From Patescibacteria group bacterium (lineage in GTDB: Bacteria > Patescibacteriota > Microgenomatia > Levybacterales > UBA12049), in contig JBBTVD010000011.1 in the NCBI GenBank assembly GCA_038063415.1, positions 779-64,778 of the forward strand: a stretch of 64,000 nucleotides of DNA, given 5' to 3'. The translations under genes were made by a program, and so were the position numbers. Under the pieces are notes generated by a model. The model searched no databases. It was not told where the DNA came from and saw only the letters and a program-made list of their open reading frames with translations. This document shows, piece after piece, positions 53,257 to 62,604 of the stretch (the first letter of the stretch is position 1; each line of letters opens with the position of its first letter).

Positions 53257-55470
53257 ATGATCAAGAAATACAAAAAGGTAGTAAAAAAGATAAAGATACC
53301 TCGCCCCACAAAAAAAAGGGCATTATTTGTTCTCGTACCACTTTTGGTTATTGGGCTTATTCTTTTAGGTATTTTTTACTTTATCATTTTGAAAGATCTC
53401 CCTTCGCCTACAGGACTCAACCAAACCACAGGTTCTTACTCAACGCACATGTATGACAGAAATGGAAAGCTTCTCTATACATTATATTCTGATCGCAACC
53501 AAACCTTTATCCCACTTTCGAACATGCCAAAGCACCTGCAACAAGCAACGATAGCCGTTGAAGATAAGGATTTCTATCGTCACGGAGCAATTGATTTCAG
53601 AGGTATTGCAAGAGCAGCATACGCAACAATGGTACACAAAAGACTGGAAGGTGGTTCTACATTGACACAGCAATTGGTAAAAAATAGCCTGCTTAGCCCT
53701 GAAAGAACGATTACCCGTAAAGTGAAAGAGATCATCCTTGCATTTGCCACTGAATTACTCTATTCCAAAGATCAAATTCTTGAAATGTATCTTAACCAGG
53801 TCCCTTATGGAGGAACCTCCTATGGAGCTGAAGCAGCAGCGCAAACATTCCTCGGCAAATCAGCCAAAGATCTTACACTGGCAGAAAGTGCTTACCTAGC
53901 TGGATTACCAGAAGCGCCGAGTGTCCTCTCTCCGTATGGCTCACATCCTGAAAAAGGCAAGGAGCGACAAGAAGAAATTCTCCGCCGTATGTATGATCAA
54001 GGTTACATTACCAAAGAACAACGAGACGCTGCCATGAAAGAAAAACTCGTCTTTGAAAAGATCAGTAACCCTATTAAAGCTCCCCACTTTGTTTTTTATG
54101 TACGGGATCTTCTGGTCAAAAAATATGGTGAGCAAGTTGTTGAACAAGGTGGTCTTAAGGTGCAAACAAGTTTGGATCTTACTCTACAAGAACATGCACA
54201 AGCAACCGTCGCAGCAGAGGTTGCTGCTCTTAAAAGAAATAAGGTTGGTAATGGTGGAGCACTTATTACTAAACCAGGAACTGGAGAGATACTAGCGATG
54301 GTCGGAAGCACCGACTATTTTGATAGTGAACATGGCAATGTCAATATTACACTCGCAAAACTCCAACCGGGTTCATCAATTAAACCAATTAACTATGCAG
54401 TCGGACTTATCAAAGGATATACAGCTGCTACACCATTTCTTGATCAAGCGATCTGTTTTCCGAATCCAGGAGGGAAATCATATTGCCCACGTAATTATGA
54501 TGGAAATTTTCATGGAGTCGTCCAAATGAGGGAAGCACTTGCTAATTCGTACAACATTCCTGCTGTCCAAATGCTTAAGCTCAATGGCCTTGATGCCATG
54601 ATTGCAACTGCTTCTGCAATGGGTCTGACAACCTTTACCGATCCAAGTAGATATGGCCTTTCACTTACTCTTGGTGGTGGAGAGGTTATGATGACAGATA
54701 TGGCCACAGCCTTTGGGGTATTTGCCAATCAAGGATACAGGGTTGACCTTCATCCTATTCTCAAAGTAACCGATAGAGATGGAAAGGTACTTGAAGAATA
54801 TAAACCACCAAAAAGTCCTATTTTTGGGGAGAAAGTAATCCCATCGGAGGTCGCCTATATCATCTCAGACATGCTGGCAGACAATAATGCTCGTGCTCCT
54901 GCATTTGGGACAAACTCAGAGCTACGGATCCCCAATCAACGTGTGTCTGTTAAAACAGGAACCACCAATGACTACCGTGACAACTGGACGATTGGTTATA
55001 CACCTTCTTATCTGATAGCTGTTTGGGTAGGCAATAATGATCACACGCCCATGCAAGGCGTCGTGTCAGGGATTACCGGAGCTGCGCCCATCTGGAATGC
55101 ATTAATGTCACATGTCCTTGATGGGAAGAAGCAAGAAATCCCCCAAAAACCCCCCAATGTTGTCGGAAGATACACCTGTCGTGGGTCAATGCCACCTTCA
55201 GCAAGTCCAGCTCCTGAAGGTGGCGCGCAACCAGCGGGGTGTGCTAATAAATTTGAATACTTTATCAAGGGAGTTCCTGAGAAAAGCACCGGCAAAGTTA
55301 TCCGTGAAAAAGTGTGGATTGATAAAGCGACAAACGCTCAAGCGCAACCAGGTCAAACAGATAATGTAGAAGAGCGCGAAGAATCAGTCTTTATCGACAA
55401 TTCTGGGGCAAAATATTGTATTAGTTGCGCGCACCCGGTACCCTCCCCCACCCCAACACCAGCTCCGTAA
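53257..55470 (+). CDS. Class A penicillin-binding protein (bifunctional glycosyltransferase/transpeptidase)
   Basis: GT51 motif ATIAVEDKDFYRHGAID, transpeptidase SxxK (PGSSIKP), SxN and KTG (VKTGTT). N-terminal transmembrane anchor. Confidence 0.9.
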   Translation: MIKKYKKVVKKIKIPRPTKKRALFVLVPLLVIGLILLGIFYFIILKDLPSPTGLNQTTGSYSTHMYDRNGKLLYTLYSDRNQTFIPLSNMPKHLQQATIAVEDKDFYRHGAIDFRGIARAAYATMVHKRLEGGSTLTQQLVKNSLLSPERTITRKVKEIILAFATELLYSKDQILEMYLNQVPYGGTSYGAEAAAQTFLGKSAKDLTLAESAYLAGLPEAPSVLSPYGSHPEKGKERQEEILRRMYDQGYITKEQRDAAMKEKLVFEKISNPIKAPHFVFYVRDLLVKKYGEQVVEQGGLKVQTSLDLTLQEHAQATVAAEVAALKRNKVGNGGALITKPGTGEILAMVGSTDYFDSEHGNVNITLAKLQPGSSIKPINYAVGLIKGYTAATPFLDQAICFPNPGGKSYCPRNYDGNFHGVVQMREALANSYNIPAVQMLKLNGLDAMIATASAMGLTTFTDPSRYGLSLTLGGGEVMMTDMATAFGVFANQGYRVDLHPILKVTDRDGKVLEEYKPPKSPIFGEKVIPSEVAYIISDMLADNNARAPAFGTNSELRIPNQRVSVKTGTTNDYRDNWTIGYTPSYLIAVWVGNNDHTPMQGVVSGITGAAPIWNALMSHVLDGKKQEIPQKPPNVVGRYTCRGSMPPSASPAPEGGAQPAGCANKFEYFIKGVPEKSTGKVIREKVWIDKATNAQAQPGQTDNVEEREESVFIDNSGAKYCISCAHPVPSPTPTPAP

Positions 55471-55515
55471 GCAGAACATTGATTCTTATACATAAATTTC
55501 GTATGATAACACCAT

Positions 55516-55656
55516 ATGCAAGAACAAAAAATGGATGGCTACAATAGAGAATCAGGACAAAAAACACTACAGTTTGTTGGGGGACTAATTCTTATTATAG
55601 CTCTCTTAGCTGTTCTTTTACTGCTTGCCATGAACAGAGGCTTAGACCTAAGATGA
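55516..55656 (+). CDS. Possible small membrane protein (46 aa)
   Basis: I translated it by hand: MQEQKMDGYNRESGQKTLQFVGGLILIIALLAVLLLLAMNRGLDLR. Followed by a 15-bp direct repeat ttgtaagaaagaaaag x2. Confidence 0.3.
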   Translation: MQEQKMDGYNRESGQKTLQFVGGLILIIALLAVLLLLAMNRGLDLR

Positions 55657-55813
55657 TTGTAAGAAAGAAAAGGTCTTTTGTAAGAAAGAAAAGAAAGGCT
55701 TCTCTATCTCCTTCCCAAAGAATGACTACTTTTGTATAATTATTTTGGGCTGACACAGAACACGCCCCTAACTATTTTCCCAGTGTCCTGAACAGAAGAG
55801 GTTTTTTTAGTTT

Positions 55814-58030
55814 ATGCGGATTTTTTTGCGTGCTATTTTTTGGTGCTTATTTTTTCTCATAGGGATTGAATCTTGTGTACAAAAAAGTATTTCCTGGATA
55901 TGTGCTTTTGTAGCTCAGCAATCTCGTCATGTAGGAGTACTACGAACAGATATTGTCTCTCAAATAGAAAAACTAACTGTAGAAGCAAAAAAAAAGAGAA
56001 CCTTGAGATACCTTCGCCTTTTTTCAAAAAAACATTTACTCCATAGACGACGAGGAAGAAAGCCATTACAAGCATCACTACGTTCAAAAACGACATATAT
56101 AGTTCTCGGAAGTTTATGCTCCTTTGTTTTTCTTTTTTTACCACTCACATTCTTTATTTTTCTTCAAGAGCTACCCAATCCAAGTCAACTTACCTACCGA
56201 GCAATTCCACAAACATCGCATATCTATGACCGTCACGGAAAACTTCTTGCTGAAATTTATGCAAACCAGGACCGAGAGATGGTCTCACTCAAAGAGATTC
56301 CTCCTTCGCTTAAAGAAGCAACCATTGCTATTGAGGATAAAAATTTCTACCATCATCCAGGGTTCGATATACAGGCAATTGTCCGAGCATTGAAAGAAAC
56401 TATTTCAGGATCATCGAAGCAAGGCGGCTCAACGATTACCCAACAATTGATCAAATCCTCGCTACTCACTCCGGAGCGAACAATCACTCGTAAAGTAAAA
56501 GAAATTATCCTTGCATTCTGGGCAGAGCAACTCTATACCAAAGACCAAATTCTTGAAATGTATTTTAACCAGGTGCCGTATGGTGGAACAGCATGGGGAG
56601 CACAAGCTGCCGCAGAATTGTACTTTGCAAAGCCAGTGACTGACCTGTCACTGGCAGAAAGTGCTTTTTTGGCAGGACTAACAGCTGCACCAAGTATCTA
56701 CTCTCCATATGGACCCACTCCTGATGCCTGGAAAGTACGACAAAAGAAAGTACTAGCCAGTATGCTTGAAGAAGGCTACATCTCACCAAAAGAAGCTTCC
56801 CAAGCAACCAAAGAAGCGCTTCAATTCCAAAATGCTTATACAGCCATTCATGCACCTCATTTTATTACCTATGTTAAAAACTTGCTGACAGACAAATATG
56901 GTATCGCCATGGTAGAAAAAGGAGGGCTCAGCATCTATACAACACTTGATCTTGCTACACAAAAGTTTGCAGAAGACGCGGTTAAAGATGAGGTTGAAAA
57001 AGAAGCTGCACTTAATCTCACTAATGGAGCAACTTTAGTAACAAACCCCAAAAATGGTGATGTACTGGCTATGGTCGGAAGCCATGATTTCGACGACCCA
57101 ACCTGGGGAAACGTTAATCTAACGATTGCGAGAAGACAACCTGGATCATCTATTAAAGTGGTTACCTATGCGGCGGCGCTTATGGAAGGATTTACGGCAG
57201 CATCACTTCTTGAAGATACACCCGTAACGTATGGGGAATACGACACCCCATACTCTCCCGTAAATTATGATGGACGATTTCATGGAGATATTCCACTGCG
57301 GTACGCACTGGCTAATTCATACAATATCCCTGCTGTTAAGACACTAGATGCAATTGGAATAGCTACGATGGTGCAGTTGGCAAAAGACATGGGAATTACC
57401 ACGTGGGGAAAACCGGAAGACTATGGACTTTCTCTCACCTTGGGAGCAGGTGAAGTACGAATGATAGACCTGGCGACAATATACGGCACGCTTGCAAACG
57501 ACGGAAAACGAGTAAATCTCAATCCTTTTCTTAAAATAACAGACGCAAAAGGGACTATCCTTGAAGAAAAAAGAGAACCAGAAGCAGAACAAGTGCTTAA
57601 ACCAGGCGTTGGCTTTATTATCTCGGATATTTTGGCAGATAATCAAGCTCGATCCTGGGCATTTGGAAGGTACTCACCGCTTGAAATACCAGGAAAAACC
57701 GTCTCGGTTAAAACAGGAACCACTGATGACAAACGAGATAACTGGACGATTGGCTATACCCCTTCTTATCTGGTGGCTGTGTGGGTGGGTAATAACAATA
57801 ATACACCTATGAGTCCAGGATTTACATCAGGAATTACGGGTGCCGCACCAATCTGGCATACGATTATGGCAAAGCTACTCACGGATACAAAAGATGAACC
57901 ATTGAGTAAACCACAAAATATCATCGAAAGAAACTGCAGAGGTAACAAAGAATACTTCATTACTGGCACCGAACCTGCAGGGCGTTGTGGATTTCGGACA
58001 CCGTCGCAAGGAGGCTATTCACGACAATAG
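55814..58030 (+). CDS. Class A penicillin-binding protein, second paralog
   Basis: ATIAIEDKNFYHHPGFD, PGSSIKV, VKTGTT. 738 aa. The true start may be downstream of 55814. Confidence 0.9.
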   Translation: MRIFLRAIFWCLFFLIGIESCVQKSISWICAFVAQQSRHVGVLRTDIVSQIEKLTVEAKKKRTLRYLRLFSKKHLLHRRRGRKPLQASLRSKTTYIVLGSLCSFVFLFLPLTFFIFLQELPNPSQLTYRAIPQTSHIYDRHGKLLAEIYANQDREMVSLKEIPPSLKEATIAIEDKNFYHHPGFDIQAIVRALKETISGSSKQGGSTITQQLIKSSLLTPERTITRKVKEIILAFWAEQLYTKDQILEMYFNQVPYGGTAWGAQAAAELYFAKPVTDLSLAESAFLAGLTAAPSIYSPYGPTPDAWKVRQKKVLASMLEEGYISPKEASQATKEALQFQNAYTAIHAPHFITYVKNLLTDKYGIAMVEKGGLSIYTTLDLATQKFAEDAVKDEVEKEAALNLTNGATLVTNPKNGDVLAMVGSHDFDDPTWGNVNLTIARRQPGSSIKVVTYAAALMEGFTAASLLEDTPVTYGEYDTPYSPVNYDGRFHGDIPLRYALANSYNIPAVKTLDAIGIATMVQLAKDMGITTWGKPEDYGLSLTLGAGEVRMIDLATIYGTLANDGKRVNLNPFLKITDAKGTILEEKREPEAEQVLKPGVGFIISDILADNQARSWAFGRYSPLEIPGKTVSVKTGTTDDKRDNWTIGYTPSYLVAVWVGNNNNTPMSPGFTSGITGAAPIWHTIMAKLLTDTKDEPLSKPQNIIERNCRGNKEYFITGTEPAGRCGFRTPSQGGYSRQ

Positions 58031-58034
58031 TATG

Positions 58035-58697
58035 CTAACGTATTTTTAATTCTTTTTTTAACAAATCATATTGTTGTTGCGGAGTTTGTAAGTTATAGAG
58101 AAAACTTGTCGCAACAAAACGACTCGCTCCATGAGCAGCAGCTATCGAGATTGTCTCATCATTGATCCCCCCATCGACCTCAATCGGTATACTCGTCTGT
58201 TGAGAAAGCTTCTCAACTTTCTGTAACAGGTCTTCCTCAAACAATTGTCCGGAGTGACCCGCTTGAATGGTCATCACAAGCACGGTATCAAGATTTTCAA
58301 GATCAATCGTAATCCCATCAATTGAAGTCTGTTTATCAAGCGCGAGCCCTACTTCTCCAAAATGCTGTGCTGCCGCCACAAAAGCGACTTGATCAGACAT
58401 TTTTTCGACATGCCCAATGAAGCGATGAAAGCCTGCATCCGCCCAGCGTTGCAAATGATTGATTGGCTCATCAACCATCAAATGCACTTCAAACAGAAGG
58501 CTATTCTCGCTTGCAGGAGTGTTTTGGGTATACTTCACAAATGGAGCTGGATCAGCAAAGGTAGTATGCGGAGCAAACTTTCCATCAACAACATCGATAT
58601 GGATCGTTCGAGAAAATGGCTTTACGAGCTCAATCTTTTTCTCCATTTCTGCCCAATCTTTGTTGTTTGTCCCAGGACTTGGAATTATTTCATACAT
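58035..58697 (-). CDS. rpe: Ribulose-phosphate 3-epimerase
   Basis: HIDVVDGKFAPHTTF and HLMV motifs and a C-terminal DGGIN. The start was set at MYEIIPS. Confidence 0.85.
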   Translation of the reverse strand: MYEIIPSPGTNNKDWAEMEKKIELVKPFSRTIHIDVVDGKFAPHTTFADPAPFVKYTQNTPASENSLLFEVHLMVDEPINHLQRWADAGFHRFIGHVEKMSDQVAFVAAAQHFGEVGLALDKQTSIDGITIDLENLDTVLVMTIQAGHSGQLFEEDLLQKVEKLSQQTSIPIEVDGGINDETISIAAAHGASRFVATSFLYNLQTPQQQYDLLKKELKIR

Positions 58698-58720
58698 ATT
58701 ACTTATCTCCTTCAACGCGT

Positions 58721-58805
58721 AAGGTGCAAAAATGTTTTGGTTGCACCTGAGCTCCTTTTGTCTTTATAACAATGCGAACTGCAACGGAAAAATATTTTTC
58801 GTCCC
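58721..58805 (+). promoter_or_regulatory. Conserved structured intergenic motif, copy 2 (between rpiB and rpe)
   Basis: aaggtgcaaaaatgttttggttgcacctgagc...gcgaactgcaacggaaaaatatttttcgtcc aligns with 50849-50930 across its whole length. Confidence 0.55.
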
Positions 58806-58816
58806 GAACGCATTTG

Positions 58817-59323
58817 TTACATTGTCTCTTCAAGTTTCTTGATCTTTTCTATTCTTCGTAGATGTCTTTCATTGGATGGATTGGCTGTTTCCAACCATAT
58901 CTGTACAGCATGAAGAGCGTCTTCCTCTTTGAGAAACCGCACCGCAAGAGAAAGCATATTGGCACCATTATGCTCCCGAGTAAGCTTCACAATCTCAAAA
59001 GGATCAGTACTTTCTCTGCCTTCTGCATTTATCGCTTGTGTAGGAAGTACGGGGGTAGAGAATATCGCACAACGAACACCTGCAAACTTATTTGCAACGA
59101 TTGCTTCCCCCTGTCCAGAGCCACCAAAGATAATGCCTCGACTATTCTCAGGATCAGCAGAGACCGCTTTTGCTGCTTTTGTGATAAAGTCTGGATAGTC
59201 ATCATTTTTATCAAACGTATACGCCCCACAATCCTCAACTACATACCCTTTCTCTTCAAGAAAAGTTTTGACCGTATTTTTGAGCGTAACTCCTGAATGA
59301 TCAGTTGCTAAATATACTTTCAT
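58817..59323 (-). CDS. rpiB: Ribose-5-phosphate isomerase B
   Basis: MKVYLATDHSG...GGSGQGEAIVANKFAGVRCA. The start was set at MKVYL. Confidence 0.85.
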   Translation of the reverse strand: MKVYLATDHSGVTLKNTVKTFLEEKGYVVEDCGAYTFDKNDDYPDFITKAAKAVSADPENSRGIIFGGSGQGEAIVANKFAGVRCAIFSTPVLPTQAINAEGRESTDPFEIVKLTREHNGANMLSLAVRFLKEEDALHAVQIWLETANPSNERHLRRIEKIKKLEETM

Positions 59324-59324
59324 A

Positions 59325-59864
59325 TTATCTTCCCACAATAACCTCAGCATCCGTTGTAATTGTTTCATCAGTTTCAACCGTTATTGTCTTCCCTGCTGCG
59401 GCTTCCTCAATATCTGTTTGTAGCTGCGCAAGGTAAGGACTCTCTTTTTCTTGTAAGAGAATCGTTATTCCTTGATAGTTGAAACGCGCTGCATTGCCTG
59501 TCCGAGTAATCGTATAGCCCAACGATTGTAACTGTGAAGAAATCCCACCAGCAGAACCAGCAATGCCACTTCCATTAAGAACGATTATAGAGAAATCTTT
59601 CCGAGCAAGCGGTGTGGGTATCGTTTGCGAAGCAGTTGGAACAAATGTCAGGGTTGGAACAGTCGTTGCGGTAGGCTTTGCCGAAAGGAGTGGCGTATCT
59701 TTTTTGGTTGTCGCGCCAAGAAGATAGAGTCCCGTAAGGAGTGCCACAATAAGCGCCACGATCACAAAAAACGGCATCAAAAACTGTGAGCGAGAGGCCG
59801 ATTTTTCAAGTGATGCTGGTAAGTGTTCTGCTGTTCCTTCTTGCATGTAGATCAGGCTCTGCAT
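59325..59864 (-). CDS. LytR_C-domain protein (C-terminal domain of LytR/CpsA/Psr), membrane-anchored
   Basis: Transmembrane helix, a Thr/Pro linker, then IIVLNGSGIAGSAGGISSQLQSLGY typical of LytR_C. Confidence 0.55.
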   Translation of the reverse strand: MQSLIYMQEGTAEHLPASLEKSASRSQFLMPFFVIVALIVALLTGLYLLGATTKKDTPLLSAKPTATTVPTLTFVPTASQTIPTPLARKDFSIIVLNGSGIAGSAGGISSQLQSLGYTITRTGNAARFNYQGITILLQEKESPYLAQLQTDIEEAAAGKTITVETDETITTDAEVIVGR

Positions 59865-59946
59865 CGTATTCCGAGCAGATTTTACTCATAGTAGCATATT
59901 TTCTTTTGTTTGGGAATCAATTGCATTTATTTGCTATAATAGTACT

Positions 59947-61677
59947 ATGCCCATCAAAAAACTCCTTGTTATCCTTGGCATGATGCTTATTAGTCTGTTT
60001 TCTTTTGGGACAGGGATGCGGGTGTTTGCACAATCAGTAGATACCTCACAGGGTAACCTCGATCGAATTAATCAGGAATTATCACAACTTACGGAGGAAC
60101 TAAACAAATCAGTTGCAGCAACAAAACCACTTGAATCGCAACTCAAAACAATGCAGTCGCAAATTGAAGGTATTAAAACACACGTTGCGACAGTCGAAAG
60201 AAATGCTGTCATTAAGAAAAAAGAAATTGATTCGAGCTACAAAAACCTTGCTGAAAAAGAAAAAATGATTTCTCAAACGATTAGAAATTTTTATGTGAAG
60301 AGTTATTATGATTCCCCTTTTCTCACCTTTCTCTCCAGTGATTCGGCATCAGAAATTACTCAAAATCTTGCGTATCAGAAAGCTCGCACAGACCAAGACA
60401 AGGCTATTATTATGAATCTTGCATTGACATTGGTGGACCTTGAAGAAAAACAGCAAAAACTTGAACAAGAACAACAATGGCTTATTGCTACCAAAGCAAA
60501 TCTTGATGAACAATCAGCAAAGCTTGATAAAATTGTCGGAGAAGCAAAGTCGTATCAATCAGAAGTTTCAGGAAAAATTGCAGATCTTTCGGCAAAACAA
60601 CAATCAATCATTTCCGCAAAAAGTGGCGAGGGATTTACCATGAGTGGCGATAATGAACTAGCAGACGAACAGGCCTCTTCCATTGCAGGATTTAGAGCCG
60701 CTGCACCAGTTGGCTCATTTGGTATTTTTTCTTTTGGTGCATATACACATAGAAACGGTATGAGTCAATACGGTGCGAGAGCTCGAGCCGAAGCTGGGCA
60801 ATCAGTTGAAGATATCCTCAAAGCATATTATCCCAATTTGACACTTAAAAAAGACTATGCTGTGATGGGAACAATTATGGTAGATGGGTTTGGATCAATG
60901 CCCTTTGAAGATCAATATCTGCATGGTATTTATGAGATGTCAAGCAGTTGGCATATCAATGCATTAAAAGCTCAAGCAATTACAGCTCGAACATACGCTA
61001 TTTTACGATCGAATGGCGGACAAAAATCTATTTGCACATCCTCTGCTTCATGTCAGGTATTTAAAAATGAACGGAAAGGAGGCGCTTGGGAGCAAGCTGT
61101 CAACGAAACGAAAGGTTGGGTACTTGTCGACGGTAGCGGCAATCCTGTATCCACGCAATACGCGTCAACGCATGGAGGATTTAGTAATACAAGCGGTTGG
61201 GATACTACCGATGGCAGCGGTGGCTCAAACTTCGTTGATAAAGCCTATGAAAAACTGGGAGGTTCTCCTTGGCTCTATAAAGCATGGTGGAGAGAAGGGT
61301 ATACAAACACAGGAAATACCTGTGGAAGAACTGCCCCATGGCTAAGCCCGACAGAAATGGCAGATATTGTTAATGCAGCAATAGCGCTTAAAACAGCCGA
61401 TATTGATACTAATAGAATTACGCCAACAACAACAGCTTGTTGGGGTGGTAATCCGTATAGTCAAGATGAACTCTATTCCTTAGTTGCAGGAAAAGGAGGC
61501 ATCAAAGAAGCAACGAGTCTCACCGTCTCTTTAGGAGATGGAACAACAAATAGTGTCACCATCAATGGGGTAACCTTTAGCGGTAGTGAATTTAAAACGG
61601 CATTGAATTTGCGTGGACCGGGATATGTTCGTATCCCGCAAACTGGTTTCTCATTCTTTAATATAGAAAAGAAATAG
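59947..61677 (+). CDS. SpoIID/LytB-domain protein with an N-terminal signal/transmembrane segment and a long coiled coil
   Basis: The C-terminal GMSQYGARARAEAGQSVEDILKAYYP and downstream pattern match SpoIID/LytB. The N-terminal ~230 aa is coiled coil. Confidence 0.7.
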   Translation: MPIKKLLVILGMMLISLFSFGTGMRVFAQSVDTSQGNLDRINQELSQLTEELNKSVAATKPLESQLKTMQSQIEGIKTHVATVERNAVIKKKEIDSSYKNLAEKEKMISQTIRNFYVKSYYDSPFLTFLSSDSASEITQNLAYQKARTDQDKAIIMNLALTLVDLEEKQQKLEQEQQWLIATKANLDEQSAKLDKIVGEAKSYQSEVSGKIADLSAKQQSIISAKSGEGFTMSGDNELADEQASSIAGFRAAAPVGSFGIFSFGAYTHRNGMSQYGARARAEAGQSVEDILKAYYPNLTLKKDYAVMGTIMVDGFGSMPFEDQYLHGIYEMSSSWHINALKAQAITARTYAILRSNGGQKSICTSSASCQVFKNERKGGAWEQAVNETKGWVLVDGSGNPVSTQYASTHGGFSNTSGWDTTDGSGGSNFVDKAYEKLGGSPWLYKAWWREGYTNTGNTCGRTAPWLSPTEMADIVNAAIALKTADIDTNRITPTTTACWGGNPYSQDELYSLVAGKGGIKEATSLTVSLGDGTTNSVTINGVTFSGSEFKTALNLRGPGYVRIPQTGFSFFNIEKK

Positions 61678-61682
61678 CAACT

Positions 61683-62357
61683 ATGCCAGATATTTTTATT
61701 GAAAATAAAACAGAACTTCCTGCCCAAGAGACAAAGATAGTTCACCCATCAGATGCTGCAAAAGGTTCTGTCGACCATTTATTGCATACCAAAAAACATA
61801 CCATGGGGCTTCTCAGTGCCTATTGCGTGCGACCACAAGGACTGAGCTTTGTTAACCAGGAGGAGGATGAGATAATTATTCTTTTTTTACGACGACATAT
61901 CATTACCAATGTTCCCTGGGTACTTGCAGTAGTTCTTCTGTGTTTTATCCCACCACTTTTCTCCCTTCTGACACTCCTTCCAACGGCTCTTCCATTGGAT
62001 ATCCCCCCTTCTCTTTTGTTCGTTATTACTGCATTTTATTACCTCATTGTTTTTGCCTACGCTTTTTCTCAATTTGTCTCTTGGTTTTATAATATTGGCA
62101 TTGTTACACAAAAAAGACTCGTTGATTTGGATACCAGTAATATTTTGGAACACAATACCGCTGCCGCAAACTTTAGCGAACTTGTTGATGTCAAATTTAC
62201 CCAGAATGGATTTTTTCAAAGTTTCTTTAATTTTGGTGATGTTCATCTGCAAACAGAAGCTTTTCGGGCAAATTTTGAATTTATTGCAGCCCCCAATCCA
62301 ACAAAAGTGACCGATATCATTAGTGATTTGCGTATCGCAACAGGAGGAAAAGAGTAA
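61683..62357 (+). CDS. Membrane protein with two transmembrane helices followed by a bacterial PH-like domain (DUF304-like)
   Basis: Topology and the YdbT-like pattern only. Confidence 0.4.
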   Translation: MPDIFIENKTELPAQETKIVHPSDAAKGSVDHLLHTKKHTMGLLSAYCVRPQGLSFVNQEEDEIIILFLRRHIITNVPWVLAVVLLCFIPPLFSLLTLLPTALPLDIPPSLLFVITAFYYLIVFAYAFSQFVSWFYNIGIVTQKRLVDLDTSNILEHNTAAANFSELVDVKFTQNGFFQSFFNFGDVHLQTEAFRANFEFIAAPNPTKVTDIISDLRIATGGKE

Positions 62358-62599
62358 TGGAGCTAGCAAGCATTACAGATCTTATTTTTACCAATGGGAT
62401 TCTTCTCTTTAAGATTCCTATTTTAATTCTTTTACTTGTGTATGTTATTTTTACTTTTATTGTGGTGAATCGTATTCGGGCATTTAATAGGATACTTCAT
62501 ATAGCTTCTGCTCATGCTTCGGTGACAATACAAATTGTGGCTATAATACAGTTTTTGCTCGCTCTCTCGCTTTTTTTACTTGCGCTTGTTATAGTATAA
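62357..62599 (+). CDS. Small membrane protein (80 aa)
   Basis: Two hydrophobic helices. The start overlaps the previous stop. Confidence 0.4.
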   Translation: MELASITDLIFTNGILLFKIPILILLLVYVIFTFIVVNRIRAFNRILHIASAHASVTIQIVAIIQFLLALSLFLLALVIV

Positions 62600-62604
62600 G
62601 GTAA

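Noticed and set aside
58362-58769. Plus-strand ORFs overlapping rpe (58362..58769, 58459..58722) and many other antisense ORFs within long genes
   Set aside because: They are embedded antisense within well-supported genes with conserved motifs.
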